A stretch of DNA of 64,000 nucleotides from a virus. Shown in pieces: positions 28,779-39,164 of this stretch; position 1 is the stretch's first letter, and the number at the start of each line of letters is the position of its first letter. The stretch spans positions 52,186 to 116,185 of the IMG/VR virus record IMGVR_UViG_3300009149_000014; one strand, 5' to 3'. A program made the translations under genes and the position numbers. The notes below the pieces were generated by a model. The model ran no database searches and was not told the DNA's origin. It was given only the letters and a program-made list of their open reading frames with translations.

Positions 28779-29228
28779 ATGGCTGAAACGAACAAGTTCG
28801 AATGGGTCCTCAGCGTCTGCACCAAGCAAGCCCCGTCGTTCGAAAAAGTCCAAGAAATCCTCGAAGAAAAAGGCGTAAAAATTACGCCTCGGGATTATAT
28901 TATTGCCTGTAAAGAGAATAATCTCACTCCAGACATTGATCCCGTTTTCGTCAAAATCGCTGAATCTACCGCTACTCTTGAAGATGTCAACATGCTTCTA
29001 GAAGATGTCGGTGACGCTGTGCGAGAACGAATACTCCGTCGAGTCCGGAAAAGTGCCACCAAAGGCCATATAACTCACGGGGGCCGTCAGAAGCTGGGTG
29101 GTGAACGAATGTCAGGACGAGTCACTCCAAAACGCAAGAGAAGCGGCCACACTCAAGATCACGGTAGAGGTGAACACGGACATGACAAATCAACCGAACA
29201 ACAACAAAGAGATGCAAAATCCTCTTGA
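28779..29228 (+). CDS. Hypothetical protein
   Basis: 149-aa ORF with a basic C-terminal tail. Confidence 0.6.
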   Translation: MAETNKFEWVLSVCTKQAPSFEKVQEILEEKGVKITPRDYIIACKENNLTPDIDPVFVKIAESTATLEDVNMLLEDVGDAVRERILRRVRKSATKGHITHGGRQKLGGERMSGRVTPKRKRSGHTQDHGRGEHGHDKSTEQQQRDAKSS

Positions 29229-29733
29229 AGAAATGGAGGCTATGCTCTCTGAGTTAGATTCTACACTTGAATCACCTCAGGTGAACGGTGAATTGGTGAT
29301 TGAACCAGAACGGAATCCTGGTCCACAAGTCATAAGCCAAAGCATCCTCAAAAACGATCAACCAGAGGATGAAGAAATTACAGACGAATTCGAAGAATTC
29401 GTCATCGAAAAGGCCCGTACCCTCACTGAACTCGTTCTATCCAACTGTGAGGAAGATCGTAATGAGGCCACGGCTGCCATCCAATTAATCAAAGACTTGA
29501 TCACAAGCCAGGATAGAGTAGTTCATGGCGGCACGATATCGAGATTAATTCAAGCTATTGATACCAGATCTAGTATCAACATGACCATCGTGAAAGCCCT
29601 TGAATCACAAGCTAAAATCTTGTCAGCTCGAAAGGGACCCACAAAACAAATAACCAATAATAACAATACTGCGGTCGGTAGTTCATCACTGATCAGCATC
29701 CTAGAAGCTGGCATGAAAGCCAAGACAAATTAG
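29182..29733 (+). CDS. Hypothetical protein, candidate small terminase subunit
   Basis: Immediately upstream of TerL; helical, ending in ITNNNNTAVGSSSLISIL as seen in T4-like TerS tails. The start is uncertain. Confidence 0.5.
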   Translation: MTNQPNNNKEMQNPLEEMEAMLSELDSTLESPQVNGELVIEPERNPGPQVISQSILKNDQPEDEEITDEFEEFVIEKARTLTELVLSNCEEDRNEATAAIQLIKDLITSQDRVVHGGTISRLIQAIDTRSSINMTIVKALESQAKILSARKGPTKQITNNNNTAVGSSSLISILEAGMKAKTN

Positions 29734-29743
29734 GAATACTCGC

Positions 29744-32700
29744 ATGGGCGAACTCGAAAAAGAAATATTAAAATGCCAGAAATCTATAGCTTATTTCTTA
29801 TCTGAACATTGCAGTATCCAACACCCATCTGCTGGTATCGTTCCATTTGTTCCATTTAAATATCAGCTCAAAGCCCTAGATTCATTCGACTCGCACCGTT
29901 TTAATATCGTCCGAAAATGCCGACAGTGTGGAATTTCCCAAATCTCAGGTGCTTATGCTTTGCACCAAGGAATGTTCTTCCCTTATCAAACCATTCTAAT
30001 TATCTCTAAGAAAGAAGACGACGCTAAAAATTTCTTGCGACGTAACATCACTTTCTTGTTTGATAACCTCCCAGAATGGATGCAGAAACTCTGGGAACCG
30101 ACCAAACGCAATGAGCACGAAATTGTATTCCCCAACGGATCAAGCATCAAATCATTGACCAGTAGTCCAGAAGTGCTCCGATCTCACTCTGCCTCACTAA
30201 ATATTATTGACGAAGCCGCTTTTATACCGAGTATGGACCGTATGTGGGCATCAGGATATTCTTGTGTTGTAGCCGAAACACTGTTGACAACCAGCAGTGG
30301 TTTAATCCGTATGGGTTCATTGCCAAAAGGTAAAGAACGTTGGCAAGATATTAATATCGATATCCAAACAGACGAAGGTATTTTCTCAGCCGATAAAGTC
30401 TATCTATCCGGCGTAGCACCCGTACGCAAGATCACGACAGAACTAGGCTTAGAAATAACAGCTACTCCAAACCATCGAATCAGAGTAATAAGCCCGAACG
30501 GCGACTACGTTTGGCAATATGTCAACAATGTCACCCCTGGTGAATACATCGTTACCAGGCTTGGTGATCTACCGACAAAACAAAAGATCAATCACGAATT
30601 ATACATGGCTGGTATCTTATACCCAAGAGCTACCAAAGTCGGTAAAGACGTGCACACCAAATTCAACAGCCAATTGCAAACTAAAGAATTCGCAGAGGCT
30701 TGTGAAGCTGTCTTCGGACCCAATGGCTATGTTATCAACAAAAGACAACTGAAAATCACTTCACCTAAAGTTTTCGAACTTGCCGAGAAGTATGGTTTTC
30801 AATTGACTACTCCATTAGATGAACGTTCAATTAGTGATGAAATTTTCGCCCTTGGCCGTGATCAATATTATCACGTCTTGTGTGGAATAATCGACGCTCA
30901 AAGTGCGAGCGGCAAAAGGATTGGTGCTATCTTCGATAGCAAACAATTGGTTAATGATATTCAAAATCTGATGTTCGATTTTGGATTTCCAATTTCTGTT
31001 ACAACCACTTCGACAGAACAACATCGATTAATTGTAGTCGATTCCGATTTGGGCAATGTCTTTTTAGATCATTTTTATTCTACCAGACATGATCTTCGTC
31101 TTTGTGCTGAATCTGGACAATCATACAACACAGATCATCCAGTGCTAGTTCATTTATTTGAACAAGAATGTAATACTTTAATTAGGGAGAATCCAACCGA
31201 TGAAACGATTAGTCGATGTGGTTCTTACGGTCGCATTCGATATAATGATATTCGTGGTCTGCTGCGTTTCAATGTGGGCGATATTAACAGCTGGCTAGTC
31301 AAAAACAAGCTTTTCGTCGATCGAATTGTCAAAGTAGAAGAGGACATTCGAGAAACATTCGATATCCAAGTCCCCGAGAAACATTGTTACATTTCCAACA
31401 GCCTTGTAAGTCACAACACGCTTCAGCACGGTGGACGTGTCATCGTGGTGAGCACATTAAACGGTATGGGTGACTGGTACTACAAAATGCTCAAAGGAGC
31501 TGAGCAAGGCACTAATGGTTTCAATCTGATTGAGATCAACTGGTACGACATGGATTGGGAAATTGAATACAAAGACAAGGGTACTAATGAGCAGGTTCGA
31601 ATCGCTCCATGTGATGGAATTCGTGAGTGCCAAACTGCTGATGAACGAGAAAAGTATGGTCCATATTGGTCTCCTTGGTTAGAACAGCAATACAATGCTC
31701 TGGCTGAAGAAGGAGAAACTTGGAAATTCGATCAGGAAATCTTGGCTCGGGTTGTTAGTTCTGGTAAGACAGTTCTCCCACCTGTGAACCTCGATACTAT
31801 TGATGGAATGATCCGTAAACCCATTAAAATCGCCAAGGGTATTCATCAATATATGCATCCTATCAAGCGAGAACCAATTGTTCTCGACTTCGATTTTGAG
31901 GGTAACCAAGGGCTCTGGTTTTGGGAAATGCCGGTTCGCCAACATCCTGATGCTCCCCAAGGTTACACTTATACTTTGGGTGTTGATACGATGACTGGTC
32001 GTGGCAATGACTTTCATGGTTTGGAAGTTTTTTGTCTTGAGACGGGTGAACAAGTCGCAGAAATGATGATGCGATGTATCCCTAAGATGCTTTGTCCTTA
32101 TATTGACATGTTAGGTCGATTCTACAATAATGCAATGGTTAATGTGGAACGCAATAACGGTGGTGATGGAGTTATCGATGAACTTCGTCTTGAGTATGGT
32201 TATCCCAATCTCTGGCGAAGAATTCGGATTCCTGATAAAGCTGGTATGAAACCAAAGCTTGACCCTTATGGACACTTCACAACTGACATTACTAAAATCG
32301 GGCTTAATAAGTTGATGGTTGACTTGTTGGGATCTCCAGGTTGTGTGAAGGTTTATAGTTCACGATTGCATGATCAATTATGCACATATATTAATCATCG
32401 TGATCGTGGTGGTCGGCCAACCGGGAAAACCGGAGCTGAAGTCGGTTGTCACGACGACCTTTGTTTAGGTGCTGGTCTTGGATTAGTGGCATTGGTAAGT
32501 AATCCTGATCCAGATAAAAGTAAAGTATTGCCGTTCAAGAGAGATTTGGATATTAGTTTCATGGGTGAATCACCCGATGCTACTATCATGGCACATGATC
32601 CGAGTTTAGTCGGCCCAGTTTCGGTCGACCATCCCGATACTGGCGAAGAATCTACCTCTTATGAAGACCAAGTAGCTGGCTTTGCTAGAGACTTGTGGTT

Positions 32701-32758
32701 AGGCGATAGGAAAACAATCGATCAAGCTGTTGTAAAGAGAAAATCATATTATGCCTAG
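29744..32758 (+). CDS. terL: Terminase large subunit (gp17-like) with an intein
   Basis: PFKYQ, KCRQCGIS, IIDEAAFI, VVSTLNG, LGVD..GRGND, VERNN, HDDL. Confidence 0.95.
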   Translation: MGELEKEILKCQKSIAYFLSEHCSIQHPSAGIVPFVPFKYQLKALDSFDSHRFNIVRKCRQCGISQISGAYALHQGMFFPYQTILIISKKEDDAKNFLRRNITFLFDNLPEWMQKLWEPTKRNEHEIVFPNGSSIKSLTSSPEVLRSHSASLNIIDEAAFIPSMDRMWASGYSCVVAETLLTTSSGLIRMGSLPKGKERWQDINIDIQTDEGIFSADKVYLSGVAPVRKITTELGLEITATPNHRIRVISPNGDYVWQYVNNVTPGEYIVTRLGDLPTKQKINHELYMAGILYPRATKVGKDVHTKFNSQLQTKEFAEACEAVFGPNGYVINKRQLKITSPKVFELAEKYGFQLTTPLDERSISDEIFALGRDQYYHVLCGIIDAQSASGKRIGAIFDSKQLVNDIQNLMFDFGFPISVTTTSTEQHRLIVVDSDLGNVFLDHFYSTRHDLRLCAESGQSYNTDHPVLVHLFEQECNTLIRENPTDETISRCGSYGRIRYNDIRGLLRFNVGDINSWLVKNKLFVDRIVKVEEDIRETFDIQVPEKHCYISNSLVSHNTLQHGGRVIVVSTLNGMGDWYYKMLKGAEQGTNGFNLIEINWYDMDWEIEYKDKGTNEQVRIAPCDGIRECQTADEREKYGPYWSPWLEQQYNALAEEGETWKFDQEILARVVSSGKTVLPPVNLDTIDGMIRKPIKIAKGIHQYMHPIKREPIVLDFDFEGNQGLWFWEMPVRQHPDAPQGYTYTLGVDTMTGRGNDFHGLEVFCLETGEQVAEMMMRCIPKMLCPYIDMLGRFYNNAMVNVERNNGGDGVIDELRLEYGYPNLWRRIRIPDKAGMKPKLDPYGHFTTDITKIGLNKLMVDLLGSPGCVKVYSSRLHDQLCTYINHRDRGGRPTGKTGAEVGCHDDLCLGAGLGLVALVSNPDPDKSKVLPFKRDLDISFMGESPDATIMAHDPSLVGPVSVDHPDTGEESTSYEDQVAGFARDLWLGDRKTIDQAVVKRKSYYA
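30263..31417 (+). mobile_element. Intein (385 aa) in TerL with a degenerate endonuclease domain
   Basis: Starts CVVAETLL, has ATPNHRI, ends TFDIQVP..LVSHN followed by Thr. LAGLIDADG-like blocks are eroded (MAGILYPRA, LCGIIDAQS). Confidence 0.9.
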
Positions 32759-34841
32759 TAATTGGCTGGCGTTCGATAGATTACGAGCCTATATTAGTGG
32801 CTCTGGTCTATATCGCCATGAAAACATTCTCCAAGACCAGCCCTCACTGGATACTCTCACTAGTGCCGGTCCCGAGCGAAACGGGCTACAATCGGCAATT
32901 ATCCAAAGTATTCAAGTCAACTATTTCCGACGTGAGAGATACAAAGACTACGACAAGATGGATGAAATGGGTGAGATCTCTCTCGCCCTAGACATGTACG
33001 CTGACGAATCATGTGTAGTCAATCCAGAAACCGGCCACATCGTCCAAGTTTACGGCGAAAGTACCAGAGTCAAAAAAGAAGTCCAAGATCTCTTCAACAA
33101 GACTTTGATGATCGATCACCAATGTCGATCAATGGTCCGCTATCTCTGCAAGTACGGCGATTGTGCATTTCGAATCATCCTCGACAAGACCAGAACCGGC
33201 GTTATCGGTATTAAAAGGCTCGATGTCTACAACTTTACCAGAGTCGAAACGTCAACTGGTGATCTTGTTGCATTCCATTATGCCGACCCTGAACTCAATC
33301 AATCATACTTCTTACACCCGTGGGAAGTCGTCCACTTCCGCTTGACGAATTTTGAAGCCAAATACCACCCTTATGGTAAGTCAGTTATCGAAGGTGGGCG
33401 GAAAGCTTTCAAACAACTGATTCTGATGGAAAGTGCGGCTGTCATCTATCGATTGACTCGTGCCCCCCAAAAGAGGAAATTCACCATTCCAGTTGGTAAT
33501 ATTCCCAGCACTCAGGTTCCTGAATACTTGCGTAAAATCGCAGCTGGATTTAAGAACAAAAGATTCTATAACCCATCTAATGGTCAATTCGATGAACGAT
33601 ATGCACCATTGACCCAAGAAGACGATTTCTTTCTACCAAAACGCCCAGATGGTTCAGGGCCTGATATTGAGACTCTCCAAGGTGCTGACAATCTCGGACA
33701 AATTGAGGATATTGAATACTTCCTCAAGAAAATGATAGCTCCCACCAAAATCCCCCCATCCAGACTTGGTATTGGTGACAAGACCGGTGGTGAAGATGGG
33801 AAACCATTAAGTCAGACTAGTAGTGATTTCGCCAAGAATGTTGGTTGGATTCAACAAGTCATGGCTGTTGGTCTGACTAAAATTGCTCTTGTGCATTTGG
33901 CATTAAAGGGTTACTCTCGTGATGAGATGAATTCTTTCTGGACCACTATGATGGTCAATTCGGCAATGGAAGAATTGTATCGAATTGAGACATGGCAAAC
34001 TCGTGTCAATATTATGGCCGACCTTCGCGAATTGGGATGGTTCCCTAAAGAATGGATTCTATCACACTTCACCGATTTGAGCCCAGACGAAATTGAACAA
34101 ATGATGCTCAAGGGCAACACAGACATGGGTGATGAGGCTGCTCCAGAACTTGGCGGCGGCGGTCTTGGTGGCGGCGGCGGTCTTGGTGGCGGCGGTGCTG
34201 ATATGTTTGGTGGTGAAGATGCAGCTGATGATTTGGGCGGCGATGATCTGGGCGGCGATGATTTAGGCGGCGATGATCTAGGTGGCGATGATCTAGGTGG
34301 CGGTGGAGATCTGGGCGGTGGTGCATTGTTAGACGCCGTTGGCGGAGGCGAAGACGACGAAGAATCAATGTTTGGTGAATCCCTTGATTATAGGCTCCAA
34401 AAATTAGAGCAACAAAACGCTATTCTAGAAAAACAAGCTGTTGTAAGAGGTAAAATATCCCAGCTTCAATCTCTCATTCTTTTGGGTAAGAATAAACGCG
34501 ACAATTCAATTTGTTCTGCGATTATTGAATCTAATGAATTACTTGGGGTTCCGGTCGGAACACAAAATAGTAATAAGAAAAGTGATGAATTGGTTTTAGA
34601 AGGTATCGACGAGATTCGAGAGAAGTATACGTTGGAATATTATGATCCAGATGAAGCTTCTCAAAAAATATTCGGTGAAGTACCTGATCAAAAAATTATT
34701 CAAGAAGCTGCTGAACACACGATCAAACGTGAGCAGTTACTTCTTGATATTGATCGCGAAAATGCCATCGTGGCACTTGAACATCACGAAGCGACTGGTA
34801 AAATTACTCAAGATGACGTGAATGCCGCTGTGTATGGTTAA
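32751..34841 (+). CDS. Portal protein (gp20-like)
   Basis: EISLALDMYADE, WEVVHFRL, YRLTRAPQKR, EDDFFLP, DIETLQG, IEDIEYF; long acidic Gly-rich tail. Confidence 0.95.
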   Translation: MPSNWLAFDRLRAYISGSGLYRHENILQDQPSLDTLTSAGPERNGLQSAIIQSIQVNYFRRERYKDYDKMDEMGEISLALDMYADESCVVNPETGHIVQVYGESTRVKKEVQDLFNKTLMIDHQCRSMVRYLCKYGDCAFRIILDKTRTGVIGIKRLDVYNFTRVETSTGDLVAFHYADPELNQSYFLHPWEVVHFRLTNFEAKYHPYGKSVIEGGRKAFKQLILMESAAVIYRLTRAPQKRKFTIPVGNIPSTQVPEYLRKIAAGFKNKRFYNPSNGQFDERYAPLTQEDDFFLPKRPDGSGPDIETLQGADNLGQIEDIEYFLKKMIAPTKIPPSRLGIGDKTGGEDGKPLSQTSSDFAKNVGWIQQVMAVGLTKIALVHLALKGYSRDEMNSFWTTMMVNSAMEELYRIETWQTRVNIMADLRELGWFPKEWILSHFTDLSPDEIEQMMLKGNTDMGDEAAPELGGGGLGGGGGLGGGGADMFGGEDAADDLGGDDLGGDDLGGDDLGGDDLGGGGDLGGGALLDAVGGGEDDEESMFGESLDYRLQKLEQQNAILEKQAVVRGKISQLQSLILLGKNKRDNSICSAIIESNELLGVPVGTQNSNKKSDELVLEGIDEIREKYTLEYYDPDEASQKIFGEVPDQKIIQEAAEHTIKREQLLLDIDRENAIVALEHHEATGKITQDDVNAAVYG
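34228..34320 (+). repeat. 15-nt tandem repeat encoding (DDLGG)n in the portal tail
   Basis: About 5-6 copies of GATGAT(T/C)T(G/A)GG(C/T)GGC. Confidence 0.85.
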
Positions 34842-34854
34842 TACGTCTTCTCGA

Positions 34855-34864
34855 CAAATATAAT
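34855..34864 (+). promoter_or_regulatory. Putative late promoter CAAATATAAT
   Basis: Short intergenic region before the head core operon; identical 10-mer at 45386. Confidence 0.5.
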
Positions 34865-34913
34865 CCAGCATTTAACATCTGTCTAACGTTTGTTTTATAG
34901 GATACTTACGCCA

Positions 34914-37900
34914 ATGTCGGCCTACACAAAGCCTCAACAACTCGATGTGCGAAAGTTTATCCGTCTTATCAACAGTGGATTCAATACTCAGCTTAACGAA
35001 GCTGCTGGTTGTGTCCGCAAAGCTGGTAAGAAGGTAAACCGCGATTGGAAGTTGGTGGCTTTAAATGGTACAGAGTTACTATTTGAAGACGCTACATCTG
35101 ACCAGTACATTCTCGCCAAGTACACTTCTAAACCAACGCCAAAACTGAGCAACATTACCCCGATCGAGATTGTCGACGAAGGTAAGCAAGACGAATTCGC
35201 AGACGCATGTAAATTACTCGTCGAAGCCGTCGAATCAGAAGACAAAAAGGCCGTAAATTCAGCCTTTAATCGGATGAGTTTGCATCGATTCTCAAGCCGA
35301 ATCATCCCAGAAAGCAAAAGAGTCCGTTGCAAAGACGGCAGTATCTATGAACTGCCAGTCAATGAAAACGCCACTTTCAACGCTGTAGAAATCGGCCAAA
35401 TCCTCAAAGAAGCCAAGACCCACTACTCAAGTGGTGTAGTCATCCAAGAAGGCAAAATCGTTGCCTACAACGGTTCGGGTAATAAACTCCGGATTGACCC
35501 ATTATTGCCATACGCTGTACGGGCACGTAGCCTGCGACAAGTAGCAATCGATGGCCACGCCAATCAACAATTCCGTCGTGCAGTGCTCGAATCCGCAAGC
35601 CTTTTGGCTGAAGGTAAAAACGAGGAATCCGCAAAGACCATCGGTCGAGCCTTGCAAAAAGACGAAGAATTCACTCTTTTGAGTGAAGGCCAAATGATTG
35701 GTGTTGTCGCTAATTGTCTAGCCACAGAAGCAATTTTCAATGATAAACTGGCTAGCGATCTTGGTGTCATGGCCCATCAACTTAACCTCAAGTTGAATCG
35801 TGGAACGATCGTTAGAGAATGGCGTAAAACAGCTAAGAAAGCTGGATCAACTGTTCTGCTTGAAAATGTCCATCGTCTTGAAAATGCCTCGAATTTTGAT
35901 TCAGCATTATCCAAATTCCTCTACATCTTGTTCGAGGATTCTGGCGGTCGCGATACCAAAATCTTGATGCTTCGCACTACTCTTGAGAAGATGTCCAATG
36001 ACATCCCAGGAATCGCCAAAGATCCCAACCTCAATGAGAAAATGCAATCATTGATTGGTCGCCTTAAGAATGACCAAGTTGATGAAGCGACTCTATTCGA
36101 AGCTGAAGACGTGGTAGCAGCTGTTGGAGATGAACTCCAAGACACTGAAACACTCGATGACTTCGATGCAATCGGTGGCGGTGGTGACGAAGAATTCGAT
36201 CTATCCAATATGGATGACGAAGCTGCTGATGCTACTGGCGACAGCATGGTCCAAGATGATGGCAAGGGTGGAACTACAATTACCATCAATAGTCCACTTA
36301 TCCAAATCGGTGGCGATAGCGGAACACCAGACGATGGTGCCGAAGCAGACCTCGATGGAGCAATGGGCAATGACCTCGACGTCGACCCAGACGCTCTTGA
36401 TGTCGATTTAGCAGACACTGACGAAGCTGATGGAATGGGCGATCTTGGCGGCGAAGAAGGACAACAAACTGATCCTTTGGCAGTTGGCGGAGTCGACGAC
36501 GAAGACACCTTCGATTTCGACCTTGATGGCACCGACGAAGAAGACGAGGACGAAAACGCTCAACCAAGCCCTTTCGGTGAAAGTGTCCAAAGCCCCGTTC
36601 ATTATGAGATGAAATCGGGTTCTGAGGACGATATGCCTCCGACATCTTTCCCAAAACGCGGTTTCAAAATCAGCGAATCGGTCAACACTTACGGCCAAAA
36701 ACTCCTACAGCAAGGCGGCTTGATTGATGACGTTTTGTCCACAATGCACTCTTTAGTGTTAGCTGGCCAAGACAATATTCAAGAAGCGGCTGGTTCAGCA
36801 CTGAAGGTCCTGAAGATTTCTTATCCGAAAGCTTCACAATGGCAAGTAGTGCAAGAAGCTGTTGCTGCCTATGAATCAGCTGATATGGAAGCCGTTGCAG
36901 AAGACGCAGACGATCCAAATTATCAACTGCAATCTGGTCGCAATCCCGTCCACGCCCGTATCGTCAATCTTGGCGAAGAGGCCGATGAAGAATCAGATGA
37001 CGAAGAAAAAGTCGAAGAAGAACAACTTCGCGGCCCAAACACAAACCCATTAGGCATCAACAACAGTGATAATAAAGATCCTGTTGTTGAATGGTCGAAT
37101 GTTGGAAATGGTGTAAGCCATGGTATTTGCGAAAACACCAAGTTTATTCTGGGTCATTCAGCACTAGATAAGATGGAATTACGTTCCATTGATGGCTCTG
37201 TGACTGTCCCAGTTCCCACTCCACTTTGTGAGAGTGCACTGGGTAGTTTGAACCTTGCCGATACTAGTGCTAAACCATTTCATAAGTGGGTTGGTCAAAT
37301 CGTCGAATCAATTCAACCTCTAACCGAGCTTGAAGATGATGATTTGGATGATGCTATTGATCAAACCGATGACGATGATGACATGCTTTCCGTTTATTCA
37401 GCCCCTGGGGATGAAGATGATTACGGAATGGATGACATGTACGAATTGAAAATGGTCCACACTGAAACTGGCGAAGAAGTCAACGTTGCAGCTCGACCTG
37501 ATGGAACACTTGTACCAACTGGTGAAGAAACTTCAGGAGATGATGAAGATGCAGACGACAACTTCGAAGGATCAGATGATGATAGATCAGATGATGATGG
37601 AGACGACGAAGGCTCCGAGGACGATGAAGACTCAGACGGTGGCGATGACGGAAGCGGCTCTGATTCGGGGTCTCCTGTCCCACCGCAATTCAAAAAAGAC
37701 TCCGATGACTCCGACGACGGAGACGACGATTCAGAAGATGGAGACGATGACGACTCCGATGACGAAGAAGAATCGGGAGAAGATGAGGAAGATGATGCTG
37801 GAGAAGAAGAAGATTCCGAAGAATCGGACGATTCCGACGACAAACCAGCCTTCCTAAAAGAATCAAAGGATAAAGACGGAAACGGACGCCCGGACTTCAT

Positions 37901-38393
37901 CGACAAGAAAATCGCCGATAAAAAAGGCAAAAAAGACGAACCAATCGAAGAAGGCCCATACGATTACACACAAGAATCTTATGACGCCGAACTCGGACTT
38001 TATTGGTATCAAAATGCATGGTATGTAGGAGATGGTCCAGTTCAATCAATGGTCGATCAACCAGCTCCTGCTGTTATCCAACAACTCGCAGCTAAATTGG
38101 GTATAACCAACCAAGTCGCCAAAGGCCAAATCGACCCTGATCAATTGATATTCGCAATCGGACTCGACATCGACTACGAAGGCGAATCTTTCCGTGGTGA
38201 CATGAGCGGACCAATCGATCAAGCCGAAGCACCATTCGATGATCGATCTGCCCGAATTACTGGTGCCAAAGTTAAATTGGATTTACCAGACGGAACCAAA
38301 AAAGAAATCCCACTAGGTCAAGATGTTGTCCGAGCACTAGCTGCTGAAATGGACGACGATCTTGGCTCCTGGGCTGCGGAGAGACAATACTAA
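34914..38393 (+). CDS. Large acidic prohead core/internal protein
   Basis: About 1160 aa between the portal and protease genes, with long Asp/Glu tracts and many xxE|S/G/A motifs. Confidence 0.65.
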   Translation: MSAYTKPQQLDVRKFIRLINSGFNTQLNEAAGCVRKAGKKVNRDWKLVALNGTELLFEDATSDQYILAKYTSKPTPKLSNITPIEIVDEGKQDEFADACKLLVEAVESEDKKAVNSAFNRMSLHRFSSRIIPESKRVRCKDGSIYELPVNENATFNAVEIGQILKEAKTHYSSGVVIQEGKIVAYNGSGNKLRIDPLLPYAVRARSLRQVAIDGHANQQFRRAVLESASLLAEGKNEESAKTIGRALQKDEEFTLLSEGQMIGVVANCLATEAIFNDKLASDLGVMAHQLNLKLNRGTIVREWRKTAKKAGSTVLLENVHRLENASNFDSALSKFLYILFEDSGGRDTKILMLRTTLEKMSNDIPGIAKDPNLNEKMQSLIGRLKNDQVDEATLFEAEDVVAAVGDELQDTETLDDFDAIGGGGDEEFDLSNMDDEAADATGDSMVQDDGKGGTTITINSPLIQIGGDSGTPDDGAEADLDGAMGNDLDVDPDALDVDLADTDEADGMGDLGGEEGQQTDPLAVGGVDDEDTFDFDLDGTDEEDEDENAQPSPFGESVQSPVHYEMKSGSEDDMPPTSFPKRGFKISESVNTYGQKLLQQGGLIDDVLSTMHSLVLAGQDNIQEAAGSALKVLKISYPKASQWQVVQEAVAAYESADMEAVAEDADDPNYQLQSGRNPVHARIVNLGEEADEESDDEEKVEEEQLRGPNTNPLGINNSDNKDPVVEWSNVGNGVSHGICENTKFILGHSALDKMELRSIDGSVTVPVPTPLCESALGSLNLADTSAKPFHKWVGQIVESIQPLTELEDDDLDDAIDQTDDDDDMLSVYSAPGDEDDYGMDDMYELKMVHTETGEEVNVAARPDGTLVPTGEETSGDDEDADDNFEGSDDDRSDDDGDDEGSEDDEDSDGGDDGSGSDSGSPVPPQFKKDSDDSDDGDDDSEDGDDDDSDDEEESGEDEEDDAGEEEDSEESDDSDDKPAFLKESKDKDGNGRPDFIDKKIADKKGKKDEPIEEGPYDYTQESYDAELGLYWYQNAWYVGDGPVQSMVDQPAPAVIQQLAAKLGITNQVAKGQIDPDQLIFAIGLDIDYEGESFRGDMSGPIDQAEAPFDDRSARITGAKVKLDLPDGTKKEIPLGQDVVRALAAEMDDDLGSWAAERQY

Positions 38394-39103
38394 TGGTCGC
38401 GTTCAATCGTAACACAATCGCCCAGACCGGAAAAATCCCGTCTGGGTGTACCATTATCCGCGATACCACATCAATGCGGGTAATCAAAAAAGAAAACGTA
38501 ATCGTCGAAGGAATCGATGGTAGAGAAGAAAAAGCTCTACGTATCGAATCCCTACTGCAACGTGGCAACGCAGTAAACGAAAACACCCGCTACTACGACA
38601 TGGACACCATCCTCACTCCAGCCGTAGAACAAATCAAAGAAGACATCTTCAGCCGAACCGTAATGGGCGAATTCGATCACCCAGACTCCCTAAAAGTCAA
38701 CCTTGATCGCGTCAGCCACCTAATGACCAACATCTGGGTAGACGGCAAAGAAGTCTACGGCACCGCCGAAATCCTACACCGTACTCCACACGGAGCCGCA
38801 CTACGCGGCCTACTTGAGCACGATGTAAAAGTCGGAATCAGCTCACGTGGAGCAGGACAACTCTCCGAAACCACAGTTGAAGGCACTCCCATCATCCTAG
38901 TGAACGAAGGATTCCGCTTCATCACCTGGGACGTGGTAGCAAAACCAAGTGTATCAGACGCAATTCTACAAATTGCAGAAAGCTTGGAATACAAATTGAA
39001 ACCAATCACACGGCAATCGCCCAAATTGGTCAAACAAATTGGACGTCAAGCATACGAACGAATCCTCGTCAAAGAAATCAATCGATTCTTCGACCTTGAT
39101 TGA
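38393..39103 (+). CDS. Prohead protease (T4 gp21-like)
   Basis: NENTRYY, MGEFDHP, RVSHL, GISSRGAG, TWDVVAKPS. Confidence 0.95.
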   Translation: MVAFNRNTIAQTGKIPSGCTIIRDTTSMRVIKKENVIVEGIDGREEKALRIESLLQRGNAVNENTRYYDMDTILTPAVEQIKEDIFSRTVMGEFDHPDSLKVNLDRVSHLMTNIWVDGKEVYGTAEILHRTPHGAALRGLLEHDVKVGISSRGAGQLSETTVEGTPIILVNEGFRFITWDVVAKPSVSDAILQIAESLEYKLKPITRQSPKLVKQIGRQAYERILVKEINRFFDLD

Positions 39104-39164
39104 AAATTACATAAGTAATCTTAAGCAAACACTATTATCAGAAGACAATCCGGGAGTTATCCAG

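Noticed and set aside
29909-29945. TerL Walker A lacking Lys (RQCGIS) as a sign of inactivation
   Set aside because: RQxGIS variants are familiar in T4-like terminases, and all other motifs are intact.
35921-37930. Long Ser-rich minus-strand ORFs
   Set aside because: Antisense shadows of Asp/Glu codon runs in the acidic core gene.
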